The notes: a model not told the origin generated them from the letters alone. DNA of 64,000 nucleotides from an archaeon (GCA_021107855.1 JAIORZ010000011.1:7686-71685); one strand, 5' to 3'. Numbered from the stretch's first letter, positions 52,574 through 61,632 are shown. Program-made: numbers and translations.

Positions 52574-53485
52574 ATGATGAAGCGATATTTTTTTTGGGCT
52601 TTCCTTTCGGTTTTTTTATTGGTGTTTATAGCTACTTTATTTTATTTTACTGGATTCTTGCAAAAGAATGGGATTGATTCGAGAGATGTTGAGTATTGGA
52701 ATTATTCTGATGGGGAGATTTCGGGGACTGGGGAGATTTATCTAGAAGGGAATAACGGGACTTGTTGGCTTTTAATTCATAGTTATGTTGCTACGCCTCT
52801 TGAGATGAGGGAGCTTGCTTTTGAGGTTCATGGAGAGTTTGGTGATAGCGTTAAGGTGATGAGGTTGGTTGGGCATGGCGGTGTTCCGAGTGATTTGGAG
52901 GATGTTTCTTTTGGTGATTTGTATGCTGATGTTGAGAAGGAGTTTGTTTTTTTGGAGGAGAGTTGTGAGGAGGTGAATGTTGTTGGTTCGAGTATGGGTG
53001 GGACGTTGGCTGTTTATTTGGCGGAGAATGAGGATTTGAAGAATTTGTATTTGGTGAATGCTTATTTGTCGATTGTGTATGAGTGGTATTATGTTTTTTA
53101 TCCTGGGTTTTATATTGAGTATTTGGGTCCTGGTTTGCATTATTCGAAGAAGGGGCAGATTGCTAGGATTAGTGACCCGTTGGGTAGGGCTGAGCATGTC
53201 GCTTATTTGAATATGCCTTATTATACTTTGAAGACGACTGAGGATATTTTGGCTGGGGTGAGGGATGATGCTGGGCTTGTGACGGAAAATGTTTTGGCTC
53301 AGCATTCGGTTAATGACCCTGTTGCTAATGTGGGGAGTGTGGAGGATTTTGTTGGAGCGGTTTCTTCTGAGAATAAGGAGATGGTTTTATTTGAGGATTC
53401 TCACCATGTTCTTTTGATGGATTATGATGCGGATTTTGTTATTGAGAATATTTTGGAATTTGAAGGGAAGTTTAGATTGGGGTAG
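52574..53485 (+). CDS. alpha/beta hydrolase (esterase/lipase-like), membrane anchored
   Basis: N-terminal TM helix, nucleophile elbow GSSMGG, later HSVNDPV and DSHHVLL (Asp/His candidates). Confidence 0.6.
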   Translation: MMKRYFFWAFLSVFLLVFIATLFYFTGFLQKNGIDSRDVEYWNYSDGEISGTGEIYLEGNNGTCWLLIHSYVATPLEMRELAFEVHGEFGDSVKVMRLVGHGGVPSDLEDVSFGDLYADVEKEFVFLEESCEEVNVVGSSMGGTLAVYLAENEDLKNLYLVNAYLSIVYEWYYVFYPGFYIEYLGPGLHYSKKGQIARISDPLGRAEHVAYLNMPYYTLKTTEDILAGVRDDAGLVTENVLAQHSVNDPVANVGSVEDFVGAVSSENKEMVLFEDSHHVLLMDYDADFVIENILEFEGKFRLG

Positions 53486-53533
53486 GGGCTTGGGTGTAAT
53501 AAAACATTTAAAGAAGGGTTTCTTTGGATTGAT

Positions 53534-54190
53534 ATGGATAGGATGGTTGCGACTGCTATTGTTGGAGAGAGAGGATTAAGGAGACATCTTGATGAAAAAG
53601 TTATTTTGAGGAAGAGGGGAGTTGAATATAGTGGTCCTTTGGGGGTTCATGGGGATAGGAAATTTTTTGTGGGAGTTGAGTCTATTTGGGAAGGTCCTGG
53701 CGAGGAGGATAGAAAGTGTGGGAATGATAACGCTAGGGTTTATATCAATGAGCCAGGGAAAGACATAATTCATCTTTTGGGGAAAAATTATCGTGTTGGT
53801 TCTGGTAAGAGAGTGGACCAGTTTAGGGATTTTATGTTTGTTAGTGAAAATCCGACTGAGTATAAGGCGAATAGAAGGCGACTTTCTAATTGGGCGCCTG
53901 TGATAACTGAGAGGGGGCTGGAGAAAAATTTGTTTAATTTTTGTGCGGTTAGAAAGCCCTCAAAATGTGGCGGATATTCTGAAGTTCAATCTGGGCTTAT
54001 TGTGGGAGATAAAGAGAGGGGATTTGGTATTATATGGATGGGGAATGGGAAGTCTGTAGGGATTGAGGAGTGGGATAGAATAATCTTGACTCAGAAAGCT
54101 CGTGGCGGCGGTCGATATTATAAGAACTATACTTATAGGGAAAGGTTGAATCCTGGGGAAGAGAAAAAAAAATCAGCTTTTGTTTATTAA
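53534..54190 (+). CDS. hypothetical protein (orphan)
   Basis: 218-aa ORF. No motif recognised. Its coding strand is purine rich (A about equal to G) rather than G+T rich. Confidence 0.4.
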   Translation: MDRMVATAIVGERGLRRHLDEKVILRKRGVEYSGPLGVHGDRKFFVGVESIWEGPGEEDRKCGNDNARVYINEPGKDIIHLLGKNYRVGSGKRVDQFRDFMFVSENPTEYKANRRRLSNWAPVITERGLEKNLFNFCAVRKPSKCGGYSEVQSGLIVGDKERGFGIIWMGNGKSVGIEEWDRIILTQKARGGGRYYKNYTYRERLNPGEEKKKSAFVY

Positions 54191-54263
54191 AAAAAAGCCG
54201 AAAATTGTTTATAGAAAAGATTGTAGTCCCAATATTTATAAAAACATGTTACTTTAATGTCTT

Positions 54264-54548
54264 ATGAGAAAGAATTTGATTATTGGGATTATGGCCATTG
54301 TGAGTTTAGTTGTAATATTTGCAGTTTATTTTTCTTTTTCGGGAGAGGAATTGATATCTGAAAAAAGTTGTGATCGGGATGCGGATTGTGAATGTGGTGT
54401 TCATGTAGAAACGAGGGAGTGTTTTTATGGGAATAAAGATTATGTGGATAGTAATCCCGCTAAAGCTTGCCCTGATTTTTGTGCGGGGATAGATGGGAGT
54501 TTTGAGATTAGGTGTGTTGAAAATTTATGTAGGCAAGTTTCAGAATAA
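54264..54548 (+). CDS. small membrane-anchored Cys-rich protein (hypothetical)
   Basis: N-terminal TM helix, then CDRDADCECGVH...CPDFCAG...CVENLC. Confidence 0.45.
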   Translation: MRKNLIIGIMAIVSLVVIFAVYFSFSGEELISEKSCDRDADCECGVHVETRECFYGNKDYVDSNPAKACPDFCAGIDGSFEIRCVENLCRQVSE

Positions 54549-54577
54549 GGCTTTATAGTATAGTTCCAATTTCTTAA

Positions 54578-55213
54578 TTAGTTTTTTCTTACTAAAAGAA
54601 AGCCGAAAATTGCTGAGAAGATTATTAATGCTAATCCAATGGCATCAGAGATGTTCATTGAGAGGTTTGCTATTGTGTTCCCGGTAATATTTGGGGATAG
54701 AAAGATTAAGCTTGTTCCTGCTGCGGCGAATAGGAAGATTTTTTTTAGTAGGTTTGAAAATTTGCTTCTTTTGACTTTTTTTCTGGGGATTTCTCTTATT
54801 CTTTTTTCTCCTAGCTCAGGCATTTTAACTTGCACATAGAGTTTTTTTGCTAATTCCCCTAATTCTTTTCCATCCTCTCCTCCTATTTTTTTTGCTGTTC
54901 GAATAATTGCTGCAGCATACAATAGATTTTTATCGGCATCTCCTCCGTAGCAGTCCCATTTAACTTTGTATTTCTGATTCCGATTATCTCCCCTCTCCAT
55001 TTTTATTGCCTTATCTGTTAGCTTTATAGCACTCTTTAAGCTCGATGTTACTCTATCCATTTTTCCCCTATCAATCCAGCGGATATATTTTTTAGAATCT
55101 TTTTTTACTAATTTAAGAAAGTCATTATGTGATTTTATTGGGTGTGTACTTCCTTCAAAGAATTTCCTTTTCTTCCCTTTATTATATTCTGCACTAAAAT
55201 CAGTATATGACAT
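54578..55213 (-). CDS. hypothetical protein with C-terminal TM helices
   Basis: Start reset to ATG 55213 (MSYTDFSAEY) to avoid overlapping the FtsY 3' end. Lys-rich soluble part with a hydrophobic C-terminus. Confidence 0.4.
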   Translation of the reverse strand: MSYTDFSAEYNKGKKRKFFEGSTHPIKSHNDFLKLVKKDSKKYIRWIDRGKMDRVTSSLKSAIKLTDKAIKMERGDNRNQKYKVKWDCYGGDADKNLLYAAAIIRTAKKIGGEDGKELGELAKKLYVQVKMPELGEKRIREIPRKKVKRSKFSNLLKKIFLFAAAGTSLIFLSPNITGNTIANLSMNISDAIGLALIIFSAIFGFLLVRKN

Positions 55214-55256
55214 ATAGCGAAGAAGCTTTTCATATTTAAAAATCTTTAGGAAAAAA

Positions 55257-56384
55257 TCACAATCCCAATTTCTCAATCAGTTTTTCTTTATCAAAAATTT
55301 CCAAATCCTTATATTTTTGACCGGTTCCCAAAAACAAAATTGGTTTGCCTGTGACGTGTGCCACTGAGAGTGCGGTTCCGCCTTTTTCGTCTACGTCAGC
55401 TTTTGAGAGGATTATTCCGGTTAGTCCGATTGAGTCGTTGAAGGCTTTTGCTTGGAGGGTTGCGTCGTTCCCTGTGATTGATTCGCCTAGGAAGATTTTC
55501 ATGTCAGGTTTTGTGATGCGGGATATTTTTTCGATTTCTTTCATTAGGGAGTCGCGGTTTTGCATTCGTCCTGCGGTGTCGATTAGGACTACGTCGATTT
55601 TGTTTTTGGCTGCGTGTTTTATTGCTTCGAATCCGACTGAGGCTGGGTCTGCTCCGTAGTCTTTCTTGATGATTGGGACTTTGAGTTTGTTCGCGTGTTC
55701 TTCTAGTTGTTGGATTGCGGCTGCTCGGAATGTGTCGGCGGCGGCTAGGCAGACAGAGAGCTTGTTTTGTTTGAGGTAGTGTGCCATTTTTGCGATTGTT
55801 GTTGTTTTGCCTGAGCCGTTGATTCCGGAGAATAGGATTACGAAAGGTTTTGATTCGGAGTTTTTTATTTCTTGGAGGAAGTTTGGTGGATTGATTAGGA
55901 GGGATTGGATTGAGGTTTTTAGTTCGTTGGATAGGTCGAGGTTTTTTGTTGGTTTTCCGATTAGGGATTCTTTTAGGGATTGTTCTATTGCTTCGACTGT
56001 TTCGTAAGCGACGTTGTTTTGGAGGAGGATTAGTTGGAGTTCTTGGAAGAGGTCGTCGAATTTTTCTTGGTCTAGGGTTTTTTGGAACTTGGAGAGGAAG
56101 GATTTTTTTTGTTTTGGGACTTCTACGGGGGTTTCTTCTTTTATCTCAGGTTCTTCTTTTCTTTCTTCTTTTTTGAATTTTGAGAAGAATGATTTCTTTT
56201 CTTTTGGCTCTTCTGGTTCTTTAGTTATTTCTTTTATTTTTTTCGATTTCTTTTTCGATTCTTTTTTAGCTGGCTTCTTTGTTTTTTTCTTTGTTGGTTT
56301 TTTTATGGGTTTCTCTATGACTTCTTCTGGTTCTTCATTTTTTGTAACCCATTTTTTGAGCTTTTCTTTTAGTGAGCCGAACAT
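55257..56384 (-). CDS. ftsY: signal recognition particle receptor FtsY
   Basis: Lys/Glu-rich N-terminal region, G domain GINGSGKTTT, DTAGR and GIILSKAD. ATG 56384 (MFGSLKEKLKKW) chosen. Confidence 0.9.
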   Translation of the reverse strand: MFGSLKEKLKKWVTKNEEPEEVIEKPIKKPTKKKTKKPAKKESKKKSKKIKEITKEPEEPKEKKSFFSKFKKEERKEEPEIKEETPVEVPKQKKSFLSKFQKTLDQEKFDDLFQELQLILLQNNVAYETVEAIEQSLKESLIGKPTKNLDLSNELKTSIQSLLINPPNFLQEIKNSESKPFVILFSGINGSGKTTTIAKMAHYLKQNKLSVCLAAADTFRAAAIQQLEEHANKLKVPIIKKDYGADPASVGFEAIKHAAKNKIDVVLIDTAGRMQNRDSLMKEIEKISRITKPDMKIFLGESITGNDATLQAKAFNDSIGLTGIILSKADVDEKGGTALSVAHVTGKPILFLGTGQKYKDLEIFDKEKLIEKLGL

Positions 56385-56469
56385 GGAAGGTCGAGGGTGT
56401 GGGGTTTTAAATTTGTTTGGGAAAGTGGGGTATAACAATTGTTTTAAAGAGGAAAGGGGTTTTTGTTTT

Positions 56470-57027
56470 ATGTTGACGTTTAGTGATATTTATGAGGCTA
56501 TGAGGAAGGAAAAGTATAGTGAGAATTTGCAGATTTTGTTGCGGAATTTTTTGGTCGAGGTGAGTGGTTATTTTGCTGAGAAGAAGGAGTTTTTGAATCG
56601 TGAGGATGATTTGTTTTCGGATGTTGCAATTAAGGGGAAGAAGAAGTTGGATAATGCGGTTTCGAGTTTTAGGGATTTGTTGAGAATTCGGAAGAAGAAG
56701 ATTTTGAATTTGGCGTTTGTCGCGTCGCAGGTTGGGATTTCTAAGAAAGATTTTGAGAATTTGTTGGGGTTTGAGAAGGATTTGTTTGAGGAGTTGGTGA
56801 GGGCGTTGGAGAGGGCGGAGAAGAATCAGGTTGGGGAGATGAATGGTGGTGGGAAGGAGAAGGAATGTCGGCATCGATTGGTTCGATTTTTGGATGATTT
56901 GCCAGAGTTTTTGAATGCTGAGGGTAATCCGATTGGGCCGTTTGCGAAGGGTGAGGTTGCGAATTTGGAGTGTGAGATTGTTCCTGTTTTGGAGGGCGAT
57001 AAAAAAATTGAAATTATTGATTATTAA
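56470..57027 (+). CDS. GINS subunit-like protein (Gins51-type, tentative)
   Basis: MLTFSDIYEAMRKEKYSENLQILLRNFLVEVSGYF matches the usual GINS A-domain opening. The track N-terminal 152 aa is antisense to ftsY and was rejected. Confidence 0.45.
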   Translation: MLTFSDIYEAMRKEKYSENLQILLRNFLVEVSGYFAEKKEFLNREDDLFSDVAIKGKKKLDNAVSSFRDLLRIRKKKILNLAFVASQVGISKKDFENLLGFEKDLFEELVRALERAEKNQVGEMNGGGKEKECRHRLVRFLDDLPEFLNAEGNPIGPFAKGEVANLECEIVPVLEGDKKIEIIDY

Positions 57028-57118
57028 TTCTTACTGCTTTATACTTCGTTGAAAGAACACTCGCGTACGCTTGTACGCCACGCAACCTTTCGCCTTGCCT
57101 AAACCTAGTAAGAATTAA
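57024..57118 (+). repeat. structured repeat family B, copy 3
   Basis: Terminal helix ttaattcttact/agtaagaattaa (includes the TAA stop of the preceding gene). Core GCTTTATACTTCGTTG...GCGTACgcttGTACGCCAC...CTAAACCT. Confidence 0.8.
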
Positions 57119-57156
57119 TAATTTTTTGGAGGGTTGTTTTTTGAGCGTCGGAAAAC

Positions 57157-57164
57157 TTAAAAAT
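57157..57164 (+). promoter_or_regulatory. TATA-like box of tRNA-Thr
   Basis: TTAAAAAT at -30..-23, preceded by a purine-rich cggaaaac (BRE-like). Confidence 0.5.
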
Positions 57165-57186
57165 GGTTTTGTTGGTTAACTGTTAT

Positions 57187-57258
57187 GCCTGCGTAGCTCA
57201 GTGATAGAGCATCTGTCTTGTAAACAGAGGGTCGAGGGTTTGACTCCCTTCGCAGGCT
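57187..57258 (+). tRNA. tRNA-Thr (anticodon TGT)
   Basis: Manual cloverleaf: acceptor GCCTGCG/CGCAGGC, D arm GCTC-AGTGATA-GAGC, anticodon stem TCTGT/ACAGA with loop CTTGTAA, T arm GAGGG-TTTGACT-CCCTT. 72 nt. Confidence 0.85.
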
Positions 57259-57306
57259 TTGGTCGTCGAACCAAACATTTAAAACAAGATAAAAGGATAA
57301 AATAAT

Positions 57307-57501
57307 ATGCCAGGAAAAAATAAGCCGAAGCGACTTGATAGGAACCGAGCTTGGAGAGTTGCGCGACGGAAGAAGAGAGTTGCGAAGTTGGTTAATGGGA
57401 ATTCTAGGAATAGGAAGCCGAGGGCGAAGAATAAAGGGAAGATTGTTGTTGAAAAAGTTGAAAAGAAAACAGTGAAGAAAGTTATTAAGAAAAAAGAATA
57501 A
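57307..57501 (+). CDS. small highly basic Lys/Arg-rich protein (hypothetical)
   Basis: 64 aa, MPGKNKPKRLDRNRAWRVARRKKR.... A TATA-like atttaaaa lies about 27 nt upstream of the start. Confidence 0.4.
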   Translation: MPGKNKPKRLDRNRAWRVARRKKRVAKLVNGNSRNRKPRAKNKGKIVVEKVEKKTVKKVIKKKE

Positions 57502-57516
57502 TTTTAAGTTGATTTT

Positions 57517-58011
57517 TTAAAATACGTGATGTTCGTCGGCTCTTTTGTAATCGCATAATTCGTCTATGGAGAACCAGAGGGCTATTTCGTGTTTTGCGTC
57601 GAATTCATCTGCTGATGCGTGGATTATATTTCTTACTGGAATTTCTTTTGCATCTGCGTGAGAGAAGCTGACATGAGAGAAGTCTCCTCGTATTGTTCCT
57701 GGTAGTGCGGATTTGGATTCTGTTGCCCCGGTGATTTTTCTGATGTTTTCTATTGCGTCGACTCCTTCGATAATCATTGCTACGACTGGTCCTTCCGTTA
57801 TAAAATCAAGGAGCATGCTTCTGACTTTTTCTCCGCGTCTTTCTGTGATGTCTTCGGTGTAGTGTTGTTTTGCGTGGTCCATGTTTACTCGAACTAATTT
57901 TAATGCAACTAGTTTTAGTCCTCGTTGTTCGAATCGTTTGATTATTTCTCCGGTCAATCCTCTTGCTACTCCGTCAGGTTTTATTAGAACTAGTGTTTGT
58001 TGTAGTACCAT
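57517..58011 (-). CDS. ndk: nucleoside diphosphate kinase
   Basis: TLVLIKPDGV, GPVVAMIIEG, and the active-site NIIHASAD. Confidence 0.9.
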   Translation of the reverse strand: MVLQQTLVLIKPDGVARGLTGEIIKRFEQRGLKLVALKLVRVNMDHAKQHYTEDITERRGEKVRSMLLDFITEGPVVAMIIEGVDAIENIRKITGATESKSALPGTIRGDFSHVSFSHADAKEIPVRNIIHASADEFDAKHEIALWFSIDELCDYKRADEHHVF

Positions 58012-58649
58012 TATTCTTTTTTTACCTCTTCTTCTTTTTCTGATTCAATTTCTTCTTCCGGTTCAATTTCTTGGATGTCTTCAATTTCTGGTTCTGGTAG
58101 TGCGATTGCTTTTTCCATATCTATTTTTTGTAGTTCTTTCGTTTCGAATACTCTAATGTCGCAGAAGGATAATGGGTAGACTTTTTTGAGTTTTGGGAGG
58201 AGTGTTTTTTGGAAGGTTCCGCTTAGGATTTCTTCTGCTAGTTCTACGAATGTTTTTTCTTTTGCGTATTCTGTTATGAATTCTTTGCAGGTGTTCCGGA
58301 GGTTTTTTCTGACTACGCGGGATACTTTTTTTCGCGTTATTAGGTGTGGTTTGAATGTCGCTCGGATGTCGGCGCATCGGGCCATGAATGAGTCTTCTAC
58401 GTAGTTTGTTCTTTTTCGCATCATTCTTCTGATGTAGGAGGTTGCTAGTGTTAGGCTGTTTGGGATTCCGTAGAGGGTTTCTTTTTGGTTGAATATTCTT
58501 AGTTTGAGAGTTAGTCCTTTGCCGTGGAGTTTCCGCGTTAGGTCGAGGCTGATTGTTTTGTTGTGGAGTTCTTGAGGTGTTCCGAGGATTCGTAGATTTT
58601 CGTTTAAGAATGGGACTTGCACTTCGATGTATTTCTTTCTTTCTGCCAT
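58011..58649 (-). CDS. ribosomal protein eS1 (S3Ae)
   Basis: ISLDLTRKLHGKGLTLKLRI...SYIRRMMRKRTNYVED...FKPHLITRKK is typical of S3Ae. TAATG overlaps on both sides. Confidence 0.75.
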   Translation of the reverse strand: MAERKKYIEVQVPFLNENLRILGTPQELHNKTISLDLTRKLHGKGLTLKLRIFNQKETLYGIPNSLTLATSYIRRMMRKRTNYVEDSFMARCADIRATFKPHLITRKKVSRVVRKNLRNTCKEFITEYAKEKTFVELAEEILSGTFQKTLLPKLKKVYPLSFCDIRVFETKELQKIDMEKAIALPEPEIEDIQEIEPEEEIESEKEEEVKKE

Positions 58650-58951
58650 TATTCTAATACTAATTTACTTGTTCGCTTACCTTTCTTTTGGTCTTTGCCT
58701 TTGCCGCAGACCGTGCAGGTGTAGACGATAGCTGTTTTTTTAGTTGTTTTACGTTGACCTTTTGCTTGGTTTTTCATACGGGAGAAACGTCCTAGGTTTC
58801 CGATTCCTCGGTTTAGTCCTCGAAGTTTCGCTCTTTGTTTCGCTCCTCGTTTCAATGTGGAAGGTCTTCCAGTACTTTGTTGTTTTACTTTTTGCTCTGT
58901 TTTCTTTTTGCAAGAAGGGCAGTATCTTTGGATTTTCTTTGGTTTTTTCAT
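58649..58951 (-). CDS. ribosomal protein eL42 (L44e)
   Basis: YCPSCKKKTEQKV...YTCTVCGKG zinc ribbon, basic composition, about 100 aa. Confidence 0.75.
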   Translation of the reverse strand: MKKPKKIQRYCPSCKKKTEQKVKQQSTGRPSTLKRGAKQRAKLRGLNRGIGNLGRFSRMKNQAKGQRKTTKKTAIVYTCTVCGKGKDQKKGKRTSKLVLE

Positions 58952-59038
58952 GGTATTAGTTTTGAAATTTTGTTTTTAAAGTTTTGGGTGGGATGGTCCC
59001 GTAGTTGTTTTTATAAAGGTTGGAGTGTTGTTTTTATT

Positions 59039-59320
59039 ATGAGGATTCGGTTTAAGAAGGGTGGACAGAGAGTGTTTTTGGATTTGGTGATTGAGAAGTT
59101 AAGGGCGCCGTCGCTTAGAGGGTTGTTGCAGTTTGGGTTTGATGTGAGGTATTCGACGTTGAAGAATTATTATGTTGGGGTTCGGTTGATGCCGAAGGGA
59201 TTGGTTTTGGATTTTTGTGAGGTGGCTGGGATTAAGTTTGAGGGATTGGGGGTTGAGGAGGTTGAGGAGAATTGGGGGAGGGTGAAGGGGGGAAAGGTTT
59301 CTAAAATTGCATTGTCATAA
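59039..59320 (+). CDS. hypothetical protein
   Basis: 93 aa starting at ATG 59039 (MRIRFKKGGQR). The track N-terminal extension is antisense to the eL42 gene. Confidence 0.4.
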   Translation: MRIRFKKGGQRVFLDLVIEKLRAPSLRGLLQFGFDVRYSTLKNYYVGVRLMPKGLVLDFCEVAGIKFEGLGVEEVEENWGRVKGGKVSKIALS

Positions 59321-59351
59321 TATATTTAAAATAAGTTTTTCTAGCTTTTTT

Positions 59352-59888
59352 ATGACAAAGAAGACTGTTAGGGAGTATGAAGAAGGAAAATTTAATGAAA
59401 TTTCTAGGTTAGACTTGGGGGGTATCCATAAGCCTACAATTTATGTTGCAAGTATTTATGGTAGAGAGGATAGGCATTTGTTCGAGTGGGGTGTTCCAGG
59501 GAGTGTTGGCGGAATAGATAAGATAAAGATAAAGGTTTCTGAGTATCTTCAAAAAAACTATGATTTAGAAAATAATGCCTTCGCAATTTTGGCGTTTCCC
59601 CATGTTACAACTTTTTTCCGTCGTAAGAGTATGTATCCCCAATCGAATTTACACACTAGTTTATGGAATACTTGTGATATGTCCCCAAATTGTGGAATAG
59701 TTAAAGGAAGGAATGAAGTTTCTGAATGCAGTATTGAATCAAGGGTTAAAGTTGTTGAGAGTGGACTCTGGTTTCCCTCTAAAAACTTAGATGATTATTA
59801 TTCTAAAGATAGAGTTGAGATTATGAAAAAAGTAGTTGATGCACTCGGGGGAGAGTTGAGATTGCATCCTGTCAATAAGTTCTCTTGA
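59352..59888 (+). CDS. hypothetical protein (orphan, atypical composition)
   Basis: 178 aa starting at ATG 59352 (MTKKTVREYEEG). A and T are roughly balanced, unlike other + strand genes. Lies adjacent to tRNA-Val. Confidence 0.4.
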   Translation: MTKKTVREYEEGKFNEISRLDLGGIHKPTIYVASIYGREDRHLFEWGVPGSVGGIDKIKIKVSEYLQKNYDLENNAFAILAFPHVTTFFRRKSMYPQSNLHTSLWNTCDMSPNCGIVKGRNEVSECSIESRVKVVESGLWFPSKNLDDYYSKDRVEIMKKVVDALGGELRLHPVNKFS

Positions 59889-60028
59889 AAATTTTCTGAT
59901 TCCGTCTTGTAAATCGTCGAAGCAATTTTGTGAAGTATTTTAATTTGTTCACAAAACAGCATCTCCTCCAATCGAACTAAGTTGTCCCATGTCTTGGAGA
60001 ATGAAATACCATCTTTGATGGTATAATA

Positions 60029-60099
60029 TGATCCCGCCAAGAATCGAACTTGGGCGTCATCGAAGTCAACGATGCGTTCTACCATTAGACTACGGGATC
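60029..60099 (-). tRNA. tRNA-Val (anticodon GAC)
   Basis: Manual cloverleaf: acceptor GATCCCG/CGGGATC, anticodon stem CATCG/CGATG with loop TTGACTT, T arm CCAAG-TTCGATT-CTTGG. 71 nt. Two oddities: position 37 is T, and the D stem has one mismatch. Confidence 0.7.
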
Positions 60100-60122
60100 T
60101 TAGTGTTATATTGTGGGTTTTG

Positions 60123-60130
60123 TTTTTAAA
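60123..60130 (-). promoter_or_regulatory. TATA-like box of tRNA-Val
   Basis: The minus strand reads TTTAAAAA at -31..-24 relative to tRNA position 1. Confidence 0.5.
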
Positions 60131-60200
60131 TTTTGGGACTTATGCGTTTGAATGAAATCATCAATTATATAAAGTCTGTAAGCTATTTTTTTGGTAGATT

Positions 60201-61523
60201 ATGGTAGAAGGTGAAAATGTTGGTTTTGTTCGGCCGAATGGTGGTGGTGTTCAGGTGCAGCCGGCTCAGGACGCGGGTTCTCCTATTGTGTTTGAAGAAA
60301 GTCAAACGTCTTCCCGTCGGGGTTGGATAATTGGTGGTGTTTGTTTTGTTGTTGTAATAGTAGCAGTGTTTTTGGCAGTGATTCATTTGGGCTCTATGGA
60401 GAATCTTTCTATTGAAGATATTGAAATGGGTAAAGCTATCAGCCTTGAAGCTGGTAATAAAGTTATATTTAAATTTGCCGAAGAGGATCATAGCATTAGT
60501 GTGGGTTCTGTAGGGGATTCTTCGGTTGAGATAATTATTCAAAGTGAAATTATTCGGGCTACGTTGAATGTCGGGGAGAGTAAAAGTTTTGATTTGGATG
60601 GAGATGGGGTTGATGATTTGAGTGTTAAATTGGAAAGAATAGTTGATGGTGAGCCTGTTTTGTTTGTTAAGAAGTTTGTTGCTGAGATTACTGGGGAGAA
60701 CTTGGGGGTAGAAAGTTCTGAAAATGAGACTGTGATTATATCCAATAATGAATCAAATGTAAGTGAGGTTCGGACTTGTGTGGGGGATGGGGGATATATT
60801 TGTAATAGTACTGAGGTGTGTGGAGGGAATTTGTTAAATGTTTCTGATAGTAATTTTTGTTGTGATGAGATATGTGTAGTTAAAGATGTAATTAGTGATT
60901 CTTCTGGGATACAATTAGGAATTACTCTTCCGAAAACTTCTTATGAGATTGGCGAGGTTGTATCTGGTGATTATTTCTTGAGTTATGAAGGCGAATCCTT
61001 TAAGGGAATTGTGCTTTATACTTATTCAAGGAATGAATGCAATGAAAATCAGTATGCAAAAGCCTTAGGGCTTATTAGCACGGGTAGTTTTGAGGATGGA
61101 ACATTGTCAATGTTTAAAACGGCATTTCAGGCATTTAGATATGATAAGGTTGATGGTTCTGCTGGCTATTGTAGTTATATGGGAGGAACTGATTCTTTTT
61201 ATGAAGAAGGAACCTATATTTATACACTTTCAGTTTATGATTGTTCTGTTGTTGAAAATGAGTTAGAAAAAGATTGTTCTGATGCGGATTCGGATGAACT
61301 GATGATCATTGTGCCTATAAAGTCTGTGTCTGAAGAAGTGATTGTGGCGGGAGGGGAGTCTTCGACTGAATGTGAGAATAATAATGATTGTACGGTATTA
61401 TGTGAAGGGTGTACAGGGGGAAAGCAAATATGTAGACTTCCTTCAGGGATTTGCTCTGATTGTATTTTTTCTTGCAATGATGGTTATGCCTGTGAAGAGT
61501 ATAGTTGTGTACTCTCTGAATAA
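60201..61523 (+). CDS. membrane-anchored surface protein with Cys-rich modules (hypothetical)
   Basis: TM helix WIIGGVCFVVVIVAVFLAVI, then a large extracellular part ending CENNNDCTVLCEGCTGGKQIC...CNDGYACEEYSC. Confidence 0.55.
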   Translation: MVEGENVGFVRPNGGGVQVQPAQDAGSPIVFEESQTSSRRGWIIGGVCFVVVIVAVFLAVIHLGSMENLSIEDIEMGKAISLEAGNKVIFKFAEEDHSISVGSVGDSSVEIIIQSEIIRATLNVGESKSFDLDGDGVDDLSVKLERIVDGEPVLFVKKFVAEITGENLGVESSENETVIISNNESNVSEVRTCVGDGGYICNSTEVCGGNLLNVSDSNFCCDEICVVKDVISDSSGIQLGITLPKTSYEIGEVVSGDYFLSYEGESFKGIVLYTYSRNECNENQYAKALGLISTGSFEDGTLSMFKTAFQAFRYDKVDGSAGYCSYMGGTDSFYEEGTYIYTLSVYDCSVVENELEKDCSDADSDELMIIVPIKSVSEEVIVAGGESSTECENNNDCTVLCEGCTGGKQICRLPSGICSDCIFSCNDGYACEEYSCVLSE

Positions 61524-61632
61524 TCTAAATTAGTTTTTGATATCGTTTTTCTTAGTAAGTAAGTTACTAATTAATTAACTAAGTAAGTTAGTTAGGAAGT
61601 TTTATAAGTTGGATTTTCTTGGGGCTTTGAGA

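Noticed and set aside
56014-56469. N-terminal 152 aa of track ORF 56014-57027 (Phe/Ser-rich).
   Set aside because: It is antisense to the Lys/Glu-rich N-terminal region of ftsY. The GINS-like protein starts at ATG 56470.
59798-60085. 95-aa - strand ORF overlapping tRNA-Val.
   Set aside because: It starts inside the tRNA gene and overlaps the 3' end of 59352-59888. It is not called as a CDS and is kept only as a speculative integration-remnant note.
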